Below, piece by piece: positions 48,121 to 58,143 of a stretch of 64,000 bases of DNA; the stretch's first letter is position 1; every line of letters begins with the position of its first letter. The stretch spans positions 382-64,381 of the forward strand of contig CAJMLT010000003.1 in assembly GCA_905214325.1 (NCBI GenBank), written 5' to 3'. This stretch comes from an uncultured bacterium (lineage in GTDB: Bacteria > Actinomycetota > Coriobacteriia > Coriobacteriales > Eggerthellaceae). A program made the translations under genes and the position numbers. The notes under the pieces were generated by a model that saw only the letters and a program-made list of their open reading frames with translations, did not search any database and was not told the origin of the DNA.

Positions 48121-49164
48121 TCAACGACTCCAAGAATGGGGAATGAACATATCCATGAAGTAATTCTTAGCGAAGCGATCCGTCATGCCGGCCACATAAT
48201 CGGTCACCGCACGCAAGGGATCACCTTCGGAAATATCCTTATACTCTTGGGGAACCTGCTCGTAGTGGTACACGAAATAGTCGAACAGGTCCTCGATCAG
48301 ATGTTCCGCCTTGTATACTTCCCTCATAACCGGCTCGGAAGTGTACACCCGCTCGAAAAGAAATCCCCGCAGTTCCATCATGGCTTCCCAGATAGGTTCG
48401 CTCATCCAGATATCATCGCGCTCGACCGAAGTCTCTATCATGTCATGGACCAAAGTTTGGATACGCGATGAATGGTTCGCGCCCAGAAGACGATGGGTCG
48501 ATTCCGGCAGCTCCTCCTCTTTGAGCTGACCGGCACGAATGGCATCATCGATATCGTGGTTCACGTAGGCGATTCGATCCGCCGTCGCGACGATACGTCC
48601 TTCGAGGGTTTCCGCCCGCTGTGAACCGGTGTGGCAGACGATACCGTCACGCACCTCGCTCGTGAGGTTGAGCCCCTGTCCCTCTTTTTCTATGACATCG
48701 ACCACCCGTAGACTCTGAATATTGTGGCGATAAAGATCCTTGTTTTCCGGCGCTTCGGGATCGAGACCCCGATGACGCGCCAAGCACAGAGAGATCGCCT
48801 GCTCCCCCACATGCCCGAAGGGAGTATGACCTAAGTCGTGACCGAGTGCGATCGCCTCGGTGAGATCCTCGTTGAGGGCGAGTGCGCGGGCGATCGTTCG
48901 GGCTATCTGGCTGACTTCGAGGGTATGGGTGAGTCTGGTTCGATAATGATCTCCCGTAGGAGCCAGAAAAACTTGGGTTTTATGCGAAAGTCGACGAAAC
49001 GCCTTCGTATGGAGAATCTTATCGCGATCCCGCTGGTATTCGTTACGATAGAGATCGAATTCACCCGACCCCATCCGCCCTTCGCTCTCATCCGAAAACG
49101 AAGCATCGGAAGCGAGCTGGAGATGCTCCCGGTCAATCTGCGTTTCGCGCGTTACCAATTCCAT
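48121..49164 (-). CDS. dgt: dGTPase-like HD-domain triphosphohydrolase
   Basis: Motifs YQRDRDKILHTKAFRRL, RLTHTLEV, HDLGHTPFGH. Short dGTPase-like family. Confidence 0.87.
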   Translation of the reverse strand: MELVTRETQIDREHLQLASDASFSDESEGRMGSGEFDLYRNEYQRDRDKILHTKAFRRLSHKTQVFLAPTGDHYRTRLTHTLEVSQIARTIARALALNEDLTEAIALGHDLGHTPFGHVGEQAISLCLARHRGLDPEAPENKDLYRHNIQSLRVVDVIEKEGQGLNLTSEVRDGIVCHTGSQRAETLEGRIVATADRIAYVNHDIDDAIRAGQLKEEELPESTHRLLGANHSSRIQTLVHDMIETSVERDDIWMSEPIWEAMMELRGFLFERVYTSEPVMREVYKAEHLIEDLFDYFVYHYEQVPQEYKDISEGDPLRAVTDYVAGMTDRFAKNYFMDMFIPHSWSR

Positions 49165-49177
49165 GGCATACCCCCGC

Positions 49178-50083
49178 TTATCTATCCAGTCGATACGTCA
49201 CCTTGGCAATAGGAGACTCCCAAACAGACACTTCGGTCAGTTCGATATGAGCAGGAAGAGTCGATGCGAGTCGGTGATATATGACGCGGGAAAGATGTTC
49301 GGCCGTAGGATTGATGGTATCGAAAGGAGGAACATCGTTGATGTAGGTGTGATCATACGCATCCAAGATGTCATGAAGATCACGCTTGATATCCTTGAAG
49401 TCGTAAAGAATACCAACCTCATCGAGTTGGGAGCCCGACAAAACCACTTCGATATCCCAGGTGTGTCCATGAAGGAATTGACAAGGACCGTCATAGCCGA
49501 CCAGCGCATGAGCCGCATCGAAATGATCCTTCACCGTCAACGAATACATATGCTTCTCCTTTTCGTCGAAGAGGGAATCCTCCTCTTTTCCGATCGAATC
49601 CACCCGCTCCTCGGCATCATCGAAGAGCATAGGAGCTTCTTCTCGCGCGTTTCCGTCGAGATCACACACGAAAGACCCCACCGCCGAACGTGCGTCCATC
49701 GCCGCATTGGCCATGCGGTCGGCATCCTTGTTATGATCTCGATACACATGAGAAATGGAAAAGTCCTCAAAAGCACTCAGCAACGAAGACGCCTCGGTGT
49801 GTAACGGCTTGAGATCCTTCGACTTCACCTTATAGAGACCTTGTATCTGCTTGACCATGAGTTCCGAATCGGCCTTGACCGTAAGGGAGGTGACCCCCAA
49901 TTCCCGCGCATTGCGAAGACCCCACAACAACGCCGAATACTCGGCGACGTTATTGGTCACGCTACCTAGAAACCATCCACCCTCGTACACACGGGAATCA
50001 TCCAATTCCAGCCTGAAACCACTTCCCGCCGGTCCCGGATTACCACGTGAGCCCCCATCGACGAACAACACTGCGGATTTCAT
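49178..50083 (-). CDS. fusion protein: N-terminal RNase HI-type domain plus C-terminal 6-carboxytetrahydropterin synthase (QueD/PTPS) domain
   Basis: Residues 1-135 carry the DEDD set (FVDGGS, VAEYSAL, ADSELM, DADRMAN). Residues about 180-302 carry the PTPS signature (FDAAH...PCQFLHGH...DH.YIND...PTAEHL). ATG 50083 shares its A with the upstream stop (TGATG). Confidence 0.85.
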   Translation of the reverse strand: MKSAVLFVDGGSRGNPGPAGSGFRLELDDSRVYEGGWFLGSVTNNVAEYSALLWGLRNARELGVTSLTVKADSELMVKQIQGLYKVKSKDLKPLHTEASSLLSAFEDFSISHVYRDHNKDADRMANAAMDARSAVGSFVCDLDGNAREEAPMLFDDAEERVDSIGKEEDSLFDEKEKHMYSLTVKDHFDAAHALVGYDGPCQFLHGHTWDIEVVLSGSQLDEVGILYDFKDIKRDLHDILDAYDHTYINDVPPFDTINPTAEHLSRVIYHRLASTLPAHIELTEVSVWESPIAKVTYRLDR

Positions 50084-50817
50084 CACAAACCCATCTCCTC
50101 ATCGACGATCAGTAGGCGCTGGCAGAACGGGCACTGCGACACGGGTGCCTGAGCACGAGCCTGACTCAAACGCCCCTGATCGAATGTTGCCCGACAAGCA
50201 CCACAGCGGTCTTTTTCCAGGCGGGCAAGCGCGATACCACCACACCGTTTCGATGCGGTATCGTATGCCGCCAGAAGGTCCTTGCTCAGATGATCGGCTA
50301 TGGCACTATGAGCTTGCTCCCCCTCGGTGATACGGGCCTTGAGAGTGCAACCCTGCTGCTGAAAGGAAGCAACCAGACGTTGTTCCTGCTTGTCGAGTTC
50401 TTCACATGCTTGCATGATCTGCTTCATAACGGGACTGATACGGGCGACCTGATCCTCCACGGCTTGAAGGTCGGCGGTGATCTTCGCGCGGCGCTTCACG
50501 ATACCGTTCAGTTCCTTGCTATGGGCTTCAACGCTGCGGAAGTCACCCTGCACCTGCGAGAGCGTATCTTCGGCATCCTTTTGCTTGATGGCGAGTTGGC
50601 CATCTTCGGCGCTCAGGGTATCGAGCTCCTCTTCGGCCGCATCCAGCATATCCTGCACCTGGGTCTTCTTCTTCAAGACACCGCTCATCTTCTGACGAGA
50701 ATCCAAAATAGCCTGACGATGAGGTAATTCCTCGAATTCCTTACGGGCGGATAGCACATCCCTGTCAACCTCTTGCAGCTTCTGTAAAAGTACGATTTCC
50801 TGATCGGTGGCACGCAT
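50083..50817 (-). CDS. COG1579-type coiled-coil protein with C-terminal C4 zinc ribbon
   Basis: 244 aa with a long coiled coil, then CGACRATF...CPFCQRLL. It has the same position as the COG1579 gene next to RNase H in other Actinomycetota. Confidence 0.8.
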   Translation of the reverse strand: MRATDQEIVLLQKLQEVDRDVLSARKEFEELPHRQAILDSRQKMSGVLKKKTQVQDMLDAAEEELDTLSAEDGQLAIKQKDAEDTLSQVQGDFRSVEAHSKELNGIVKRRAKITADLQAVEDQVARISPVMKQIMQACEELDKQEQRLVASFQQQGCTLKARITEGEQAHSAIADHLSKDLLAAYDTASKRCGGIALARLEKDRCGACRATFDQGRLSQARAQAPVSQCPFCQRLLIVDEEMGL

Positions 50818-50842
50818 ATCTATCTACACCCTTCTGGAGAGA

Positions 50843-51715
50843 TTAACGCCTGATGGATTCAGGCGTCGACCAGTTATCCGGCTGATTAAGTATGGTAATG
50901 CAAGATTCATCAACCCCTGCGGCGATGATCTCGGAAGCAAGTAAAGCGCACAAAGGGCGCTCCGAAACATCGTGACCCAACTCGATTATGCACAAACCCG
51001 ATTCACGGGCGTTGAGCGCATCGTGGTATTTCACCTCACCGCACACCAGGCAATCGATCGAAGCAGACAGGCACATCTGCAAAGAATCCGATGCCGACCC
51101 CCCACAGACCGCAATACGTTCAAGACGTGTGGAAGAGGCCCCCCAAACCCGGGGAAGCATTTCAAACACCGACACGCAACGGGCTGCGAGGTGCTTGAGG
51201 TCCAATGATTCACCATCGGGAACACAGACACAGGCGAAACCTTTGGTCGGGTCATGGGGTAAAGGATCGAGCGGAGCGATGGTCTTCAGGCGTAGAAGGC
51301 CCGGAAGAACGGCAAGTCCTTTTCGCGATACGTCGCAGGCCGTATGGAAGGCCATACAGCAAAGACCGTGTGTAAGAGCGAAATGGACACCGGCACCGGA
51401 GGTCTGTCCTTCCAGATCAAACGGCATGAAACGATCGGGCGGATCGAGAAAAAGTGGATGATGGGTAACGAGCACATTCGCCCCATTCTCCACCGCCGAG
51501 CGCATCGTTGCCACCGTTGGATCGAGTGCCACGACAACACCCTCGATCTGCGCACGGGGATCCCCGACGGACAAGCCCGTACGATCCCATGAACAAGCAT
51601 CCTCGGCAGGAAAAACCTTCAGAAGCGCTCTCTCAAGATCACCCACATACAATACGCCGCCCCTCGCGGCTATACTCCCCGAAGACGTTTTCCTCAAAGA
51701 CTTCGAATCTTCCAT
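50843..51715 (-). CDS. Nif3-like dinuclear metal centre protein (GTP cyclohydrolase 1 type 2 homologue family)
   Basis: Motifs VLVTHHPLFL, then an inserted domain, and a C-terminal GHDVSE-type motif (IELGHDVSERP). Confidence 0.87.
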   Translation of the reverse strand: MEDSKSLRKTSSGSIAARGGVLYVGDLERALLKVFPAEDACSWDRTGLSVGDPRAQIEGVVVALDPTVATMRSAVENGANVLVTHHPLFLDPPDRFMPFDLEGQTSGAGVHFALTHGLCCMAFHTACDVSRKGLAVLPGLLRLKTIAPLDPLPHDPTKGFACVCVPDGESLDLKHLAARCVSVFEMLPRVWGASSTRLERIAVCGGSASDSLQMCLSASIDCLVCGEVKYHDALNARESGLCIIELGHDVSERPLCALLASEIIAAGVDESCITILNQPDNWSTPESIRR

Positions 51716-51735
51716 GACGTCTACCTCCCCTGATT

Positions 51736-52545
51736 CTATTCAAGCGGCATGACCCGCCTCCCGCCACCGGGCAGAACCACCGTGACTTCCCGATAACCCG
51801 CATCATACATCAGACGGTATCCCTCCATGATATCCCTATTGACATGCATGGGTGTATGGGCATCGGCACCGATCGTGACCGGAATACCGGCACGATTGAA
51901 TTCTCGGAGCAAACCTTCGTTGGGATACATTTCCTTACAAAGATAATAGTTTCCCGAAGTGTTGACCTCCACCATACGTCCGCCTGCCCGCGCAGCTTCT
52001 GCGGCTTCGCGGTAAAGACGCTGCGGATCGAAAGAAGGATAGATGTTGAATTTCTTCACCAAATCGGGATGGGCCATAACCGTGAAAGGAGCCGAAGAAG
52101 TCACCGCTTCACACCAGATCTCGAAATAGCGACGCCAGATGACATCGGGGCCCAATTCGTCCCAATGGCCTCTCTGCGCAGGATCATCGAAAGGCCATGC
52201 ATCGACGAAATGGACGGACCCGATGATGAGATCGAAGCAATCGAATTCATCGGGGGCGAAGGTTCTATCCTCATCGGACCCGAGCCAATCAAGTTCGCAA
52301 CCGAGCACCACTTCCATATCGGGATAGAGTTCACGCTGGCTGAGGACGTCACGACGATAGTGTTCGAGAGCGCTTCGGGGCATCGATATATAATTGTCAG
52401 GATCGAAATCGGCACTCAAAGGGTAATGCTCCGTCACGGCGATATTCTTCATTCCCACGCGATGAGCCCATGCCGCAAGCTCCCCGATACTCCCCTCCCC
52501 ATGACCGGTGAGATTGGTATGGTTATGCTGACTGACGAGATCCAT
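51736..52545 (-). CDS. PHP-family histidinol-phosphatase (HisJ type)
   Basis: Motifs HNHT..., TEHYP, GSVHF, AHPDL, EVNTSG, GADAH. The start is set at ATG 52545. The longer listed form lacks an RBS. Confidence 0.8.
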   Translation of the reverse strand: MDLVSQHNHTNLTGHGEGSIGELAAWAHRVGMKNIAVTEHYPLSADFDPDNYISMPRSALEHYRRDVLSQRELYPDMEVVLGCELDWLGSDEDRTFAPDEFDCFDLIIGSVHFVDAWPFDDPAQRGHWDELGPDVIWRRYFEIWCEAVTSSAPFTVMAHPDLVKKFNIYPSFDPQRLYREAAEAARAGGRMVEVNTSGNYYLCKEMYPNEGLLREFNRAGIPVTIGADAHTPMHVNRDIMEGYRLMYDAGYREVTVVLPGGGRRVMPLE

Positions 52546-52570
52546 GTTCCTTCTTTCCATCGTTAAACGA

Positions 52571-53764
52571 TTAACGGACGATACTATCGAAGATCGCAAC
52601 GAAGCGATCGATGTCCTCATCCGTGGTCAACCTTCCCAGGGAAATACGGAGAGAACCGAGTGCTTTTTTCCTTTCGATACCCAATGCGCTCAACACATGG
52701 GAAGGGTCGAGGGAATGCGACGAACAAGCCGATCCGCCCGAAACGCAAACCCCCCGATTGTCGAGGTCGAGGATAAGTGTTTCGCTTTCCATACCCTCAA
52801 CGAGCACGTTGACGATATGAGGAGCGTAGCGCAGATCCCCCTCTTTCCAGGGTACGCTTGCCTCCACGCGCGGGTTGTCCAATAGAGCCCGGTAACAACG
52901 ATCGCGCAGCTTCCGCAAGCGCGCCGGCTCGCTTGCCAATTCCGCAACCGCCTGTCGCGCAGCGGCGGCGAATCCACAGACACCGCACACGTTCTGCGTA
53001 CCGCTGCGTTTGGCGGATTCCTGACCACCACCGACCATTTGAGCGGAAAACGGAGTTCTCGCCTTGAGGTAAAGGGCACCCACACCCTTCGGGCCCCCGA
53101 CTTTATGCGCGGATAAGGAAAGCGCATCGACGTTCCACCCCTTGACATCGAGAGGCATCTTCCCGAGCGCTTGCGTGGCATCGGTGTGGAACAAAGCCCC
53201 CCGTTCATGGGCGACACGCGCCAAGGCACCCACATCCATGATGCTTCCCACCTCATTGTTGAGGGTCATGATCGAAACGAGGATCGTTTCGTCGTCTATG
53301 ACCTCCTCAAGCGCCTCCGGGCTTACGCACCCCGAAGAATCAGGGTCGACGAAGACGATCTGAGCCCCCCATGTATTGAGGAGACGGGCAGCCGCGAGAA
53401 CGGCATCGTGCTCGATGGAGGAGATGATTATCTTCGGCACACACCCATGGTCGCCCGATTGATCGGCGCGCATCATGAGGGCATCGGTAATACCGAACAG
53501 AGCCGCGTTATCGGCCTCCGTAGCACCCGAAGTGAAAATAACCTCATCGGGACGAGCACCACCCATCGCTCGACCGATGTCCTTACGGGCTGCTTCGAGA
53601 TGACGGAAGGCATCGCGGCCCGCGGTATAGAGGGAATTGGCATTGGCCGATCCATGCGCGATCCCTTCGATCCCGGGCGTGAGAAACGGCTGCATGGCTT
53701 CGGCGGCAGCAACAGACAAAGGCGCGGTCGCCGCCCAATCAAGATAGAGAAAATCGGATGTCAT
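52571..53764 (-). CDS. cysteine desulfurase (NifS/IscS class V aminotransferase)
   Basis: PLP lysine context SAHKVGGPKG and active-site loop GGSACSS. 397 aa. Confidence 0.9.
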   Translation of the reverse strand: MTSDFLYLDWAATAPLSVAAAEAMQPFLTPGIEGIAHGSANANSLYTAGRDAFRHLEAARKDIGRAMGGARPDEVIFTSGATEADNAALFGITDALMMRADQSGDHGCVPKIIISSIEHDAVLAAARLLNTWGAQIVFVDPDSSGCVSPEALEEVIDDETILVSIMTLNNEVGSIMDVGALARVAHERGALFHTDATQALGKMPLDVKGWNVDALSLSAHKVGGPKGVGALYLKARTPFSAQMVGGGQESAKRSGTQNVCGVCGFAAAARQAVAELASEPARLRKLRDRCYRALLDNPRVEASVPWKEGDLRYAPHIVNVLVEGMESETLILDLDNRGVCVSGGSACSSHSLDPSHVLSALGIERKKALGSLRISLGRLTTDEDIDRFVAIFDSIVR

Positions 53765-54450
53765 CGACCCTGCGCCTTTCTTCCTGCTTCACGTATAGCG
53801 CGCACTGCTTCACGGGGATCATCAGCCGCGAACACCCCAGAACCCGCCACCAGAACGTCAGCACCTTCGGCACACACGAGACCTGCGGTCCGCGATGCAC
53901 CGATACCCCCATCCACTTCGATGAGAAGATCGGGGTTCACCTGGCGGGCCCTACCCGCGATCTGAGCCACGCGTCGTTCGCTTCCCTCTATGTAGGATTG
54001 GCCGGAAAAACCCGGATAAACACTCATGATCAACACCATATCGAGATCGGCGATGAAAGGCTCGATGGTGCAGATGTCCGCATCGGGTCTGAGGGTGAGA
54101 GCGGGACGCGCGCCTGCCTCCCTGATGCGCTCGATCACCTCGGCCGTCTCCTTCGCATCCTTCAAAGCTTCGATATGCACGGAAACCAGATCGGCTCCGG
54201 CATCGAGATACCAGTCGATCTGGTCGAGGGGGTTGGTGATCATGAGATGAACGTCAAGGGGTAGATCGGTGATGGCTCTCAGTTGTTTCACGAAGGGAAC
54301 ACCGAGAGTAAGGTTGGGAACGAAATGACCGTCCATGACGTCAACATGAATGAAATCCGCTTGGGCTTCTTCGAGCATACGGATATCTCGACCGAAATTC
54401 ATGAAGTCAGCCGAGAGGATTGAGGGAGCTATCTTGATATCACCGAACAC
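53761..54450 (-). CDS. rpe: ribulose-phosphate 3-epimerase
   Basis: The sequence IAPSILSADFMNFGRDI...HVDVMDGHFVPNLT is a classic Rpe. There is a 4-nt overlap with the downstream gene. Confidence 0.94.
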   Translation of the reverse strand: MFGDIKIAPSILSADFMNFGRDIRMLEEAQADFIHVDVMDGHFVPNLTLGVPFVKQLRAITDLPLDVHLMITNPLDQIDWYLDAGADLVSVHIEALKDAKETAEVIERIREAGARPALTLRPDADICTIEPFIADLDMVLIMSVYPGFSGQSYIEGSERRVAQIAGRARQVNPDLLIEVDGGIGASRTAGLVCAEGADVLVAGSGVFAADDPREAVRAIREAGRKAQGR

Positions 54451-54542
54451 GCGTTTTTCCTTCCGAATGGTATATCGTTGCCTTCATTCTACGCAGACAG
54501 TGGGATATCGAGAGGAAAAATCAGGTGAAACGCAGAGGACGA

Positions 54543-55016
54543 TCACGTATGATGCGCTTCGAGTTCGAGAAGGAAGCGCTTGATTTTGAGATCCGCCACA
54601 TAACCGACCGGGTCACCGTGGGCGCCGATGACCCGATGGCAGGGGATCAACAGGGGTAGAGGATTTTTATTGTTGGCCCCGCCGACGGCACGTAGAGCGG
54701 AAGGGTTGCCCACCATCGCCGCGACTTCGCGATAGGTGCGGGTCTGGCCGTAGGGAATCGTTGAAAGGGCGTCCCATACCTTCAACTGGAAAGCACTTCC
54801 CCGAGGCGCAAGGGGAACGTCGAAGGAAGACCGCTTGCCGGCAAGATATTCCTGAAGCTGATTGGCTACCTCATTGGTGAGGGTGCTTGCCCGGTAACTC
54901 CCCTCGAGTTGCTGCGCTCCGAAAGCGACACGGATAATCGCCGATCCATCCGAAGCGATGGAGACGCGCCCCAAGGGAGTGGGGTAGACGAAAAATGTGG
55001 CATCATCCGTTTTCAT
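54543..55016 (-). CDS. ogt: methylated-DNA--protein-cysteine methyltransferase
   Basis: Active site IPCHRV. The start is set at ATG 55016 with GAAGGAG 5 nt upstream. Confidence 0.88.
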   Translation of the reverse strand: MKTDDATFFVYPTPLGRVSIASDGSAIIRVAFGAQQLEGSYRASTLTNEVANQLQEYLAGKRSSFDVPLAPRGSAFQLKVWDALSTIPYGQTRTYREVAAMVGNPSALRAVGGANNKNPLPLLIPCHRVIGAHGDPVGYVADLKIKRFLLELEAHHT

Positions 55017-55045
55017 GGATACTCCTTCTCCCCTGAAAATCCCGA

Positions 55046-56086
55046 TCATCGCCTGGAAGCGGTTCCACCCTCATCCCCGTTGGATTCAAAACCCCAGAAC
55101 TCGGTGGTCAAAGGGCGGTTGAAAAGTGCTTCGGATGCCTCACGTAGCGGAGTGTTCTCCCAAACGATCGCACGGACGACCTGAGCAATGGGGAGCTCCA
55201 CTTGATATCGATCAGCGAGAGGACAAATCGTGCGACACGCCAAAGCCCCCTCGACAACCATGTGGGTCGACTCCTCGTACGCGGCAAGAGAGCCACCCTG
55301 GGCGAGCATCTTGCCGAACGAGCGGTTACGCGAATGCTCGGAGGTGCATGTCGCAATCAAGTCACCTGCACCAGCAAGTCCCATGACCGTCATGGCGTCT
55401 CCCCCGCAGGCCAGAACGAGACGACCCATCTCGGCCATACCGCGCGTCATAAGCATAGCCGCCGTATTGTCGCCATACCCCAAGCCATAGGCACCACCGA
55501 CGGCGATGGCGATAACGTTTTTGAAAGCCGCACACACTTCGACGCCGAGATAATCGGACGAAACGTAACAGCGAAAATACGATGTGGTGAAAAGATCCCT
55601 GAAAAACCGTGCCGTCTCATCGCTGCGGGAGGCGATGACGGTACCGGTGGGAACCTGCGTTATGACTTCTTCCGCATGGTTGGGCCCCGAAAGCACCGCC
55701 AGACGATCAAGTCCCCCCATCACCTCATCGAACACTTCGATCGGCAGAAGAGAGGTGTTTTCCTCGACGCCCTTAGAGCAGATGACGATAGGGGTGTCAT
55801 CGGAAACGAAAGGATGAATTCTGATGGCAAAATCCCTCATAAGACGAGAAGGGGTCACCATTACAACAGCCTGAGCGCCGGTGAGGCACCGCTCGAGATC
55901 GTGCGTGGCGGAAACGGCCTCGTCCAATCTTACGTCGCTCAGGTAACGTGGGTTGCGATGCTCCTGCGTGATAGCCGAAGCAACCTGCGGCTTACGCGCC
56001 CACATGACAACCTCGTTACCCGCATGTGCAAGGGTTTGTGCAAGCGCCGTACCCCACGACCCCGCACCGATGAGGGCTACCTTCAT
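55046..56086 (-). CDS. gpsA: NAD(P)H-dependent glycerol-3-phosphate dehydrogenase
   Basis: Motif KVALIGAGSWGTALA, GpsA family. ATG 56086 shares its A with the plsY stop (TGATG). Confidence 0.93.
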   Translation of the reverse strand: MKVALIGAGSWGTALAQTLAHAGNEVVMWARKPQVASAITQEHRNPRYLSDVRLDEAVSATHDLERCLTGAQAVVMVTPSRLMRDFAIRIHPFVSDDTPIVICSKGVEENTSLLPIEVFDEVMGGLDRLAVLSGPNHAEEVITQVPTGTVIASRSDETARFFRDLFTTSYFRCYVSSDYLGVEVCAAFKNVIAIAVGGAYGLGYGDNTAAMLMTRGMAEMGRLVLACGGDAMTVMGLAGAGDLIATCTSEHSRNRSFGKMLAQGGSLAAYEESTHMVVEGALACRTICPLADRYQVELPIAQVVRAIVWENTPLREASEALFNRPLTTEFWGFESNGDEGGTASRR

Positions 56087-56733
56087 CACGCCTTCTCCTT
56101 CTTGGATCCGATGCGGTTTTCCTTGTGGTGTATCAAGCGGTCGATGTTCTCCCTATGAGCGAACACCACATTGAGCGCGGCAAGGGTCAAGATCGCGATG
56201 GCCGCCCAATTTCCCCAAAAATAAAACGACGCGAAGAACGGACAGGCGAGAGCCGCAGCGATGGACCCCACGGACACATAGCGCGTAAGGATGACCAATA
56301 CGGCGAAAAGAAGTAGTTCGAGACAGGCACCAACGGGTCCGAAGATGAAAAAGAGCGACCCGACGGCGACGGCGATACCCTTCCCCCCATGGAATTTCAG
56401 CCAAGGGGAATAGATGTGCCCGACCGTACACCCAGCAAACGTGATGGCCATACAGATGCCACCCGTTATCGAAGTGATATCGCAGGCAAGAAAAGCGGCA
56501 CATACCGTCCCCAGATAACCGGAAAGAACCCCCTTCCCGAAATCAAGCAGAAAAACAGCCGATCCACCAACCTTGCCCAAAGACCGCATGGCATTGGTGG
56601 TTCCTATGTTGCCGGATCCTTCCTTGCGGATATCCTTTTTGAATACCAACTGGGAAATTATGAGACCGAAGGGAATCGATCCCAGAAGAAACGTAACGAC
56701 GAAAAGCAGGCTTATCGCTGCAAAGGCTTCCAC
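56086..56733 (-). CDS. plsY: glycerol-3-phosphate acyltransferase PlsY
   Basis: 215-aa membrane protein with motifs GSGNIGTTNA and HGGKGIA. Confidence 0.93.
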   Translation of the reverse strand: MEAFAAISLLFVVTFLLGSIPFGLIISQLVFKKDIRKEGSGNIGTTNAMRSLGKVGGSAVFLLDFGKGVLSGYLGTVCAAFLACDITSITGGICMAITFAGCTVGHIYSPWLKFHGGKGIAVAVGSLFFIFGPVGACLELLLFAVLVILTRYVSVGSIAAALACPFFASFYFWGNWAAIAILTLAALNVVFAHRENIDRLIHHKENRIGSKKEKA

Positions 56734-56740
56734 TTCGACT

Positions 56741-58051
56741 TCAGTCCTTTCGCTTGAATTTCAGACGTATGGGGGTTCCCGAAAGATCGAACGACGATCG
56801 CAGACGATTTTCGAGATATCGCTCAAACGAGGGCTCGATGATATCGGGGTGATTGCAGAAAAACGTGAACTGGGGCGGACGAGATGCGGTTTGGGTCACA
56901 TACTTTATCTTGAGCAACTTCTTGCCCTTCGAAACGGTATGCCCGAAATCACGTATCTCCTGAAGCCAATTGTTCAATCGGCTCGTTGAAATGGTTTGCT
57001 CGTAATTCTCATAAGCCGTTTCGATCGCCGTCCATATACGATGGACGTTCTTGCCCGATAACGCCGAAATGGCGATGACGGGAGCATACCCCACGAAGGT
57101 AAGACGGTCCTCGATACGTTCACGGATCCGCGCTTTCGCCTCAGGACCTTCGACGAGATCCCACTTATTGAGGATGACCACCATAGCGCATCCTCTCTCG
57201 GCGGCCATGCCGGCAACCCTCTGGTCCTGATCGGTCAGACCGAGCGTGGAGTCGATGACGAGCAACACGACCTCGGCACGATCGATGGCACGCAATGCAC
57301 GAACGAAACCATAGTATTCCACATCCTCATCGATGACACTCTTGCGGCGAAGACCTGCGGTATCAACGATGGTGTAATAGCGGTCCTCGTGGTAGACCGT
57401 CGTATCGATGGCATCGCGCGTGGTTCCCGCAACATCGGAAACGATCGAGCGTTCGTCGTCGGTCATTTTGTTGGTGAGGGAGGACTTCCCCGCGTTGGGT
57501 CGACCGATGATCGCCACGTTGATAGATTCGATAGTTTCCGGCATCGCGTTCTCATCGGGGAAACGAAGAATCATCTCATCGAGCAGATCACCGGTTCCCG
57601 TACCATGCAATGCCGATACCGGCCAAGGCTCCCCGATACCCAAACGCATGAATTCCCACATCGCATCGTTGCTGTCGGGATTATCCATCTTATTGACCAC
57701 CAGTAAAACCGGTTTCTTCGTTTTGCGCAGAATGGAGGCGACCGCTTCGTCGTCGGTATTGATGCCCGTACGTCCATCGACGATGAAGATGATGACATCG
57801 GCCTGCTCGGTAGCCACCAACGCCTGGGAGCGGATAGAGCTCTGGAACGAATCGTCCCTACCCATTTCTATGCCGCCCGTATCGATCAAGGTAAAGGATC
57901 GACCGTTCCAGTCGGCCTCATGATACGATCGATCGCGCGTAACCCCACGCATCTCATGGACGATGGCTTCGTTGTTCTGCGCGATACGGTTGACGAACGT
58001 CGACTTTCCCACATTGGGACGCCCGACGACGGCGACGATTGGCAATGCCAT
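56741..58051 (-). CDS. der: ribosome biogenesis GTPase Der (EngA)
   Basis: Two tandem G domains (GRPNVGKST and GRPNAGKSS) plus a KH-like C-terminus. Confidence 0.96.
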   Translation of the reverse strand: MALPIVAVVGRPNVGKSTFVNRIAQNNEAIVHEMRGVTRDRSYHEADWNGRSFTLIDTGGIEMGRDDSFQSSIRSQALVATEQADVIIFIVDGRTGINTDDEAVASILRKTKKPVLLVVNKMDNPDSNDAMWEFMRLGIGEPWPVSALHGTGTGDLLDEMILRFPDENAMPETIESINVAIIGRPNAGKSSLTNKMTDDERSIVSDVAGTTRDAIDTTVYHEDRYYTIVDTAGLRRKSVIDEDVEYYGFVRALRAIDRAEVVLLVIDSTLGLTDQDQRVAGMAAERGCAMVVILNKWDLVEGPEAKARIRERIEDRLTFVGYAPVIAISALSGKNVHRIWTAIETAYENYEQTISTSRLNNWLQEIRDFGHTVSKGKKLLKIKYVTQTASRPPQFTFFCNHPDIIEPSFERYLENRLRSSFDLSGTPIRLKFKRKD

Positions 58052-58083
58052 GATTCATCCTAACTCGTGTTTTTTCGTAACTC

Positions 58084-58092
58084 AGAATACCA
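58084..58092 (-). promoter_or_regulatory. extended -10 promoter candidate for der (TGGTATTCT)
   Basis: The minus strand reads TGG-TATTCT about 33 nt upstream of the der ATG. Confidence 0.25.
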
Positions 58093-58143
58093 CGATGCAC
58101 GACCCCGCAAGAAAAAAGCTCGTGCTTCGACCGAGAAGATAGA

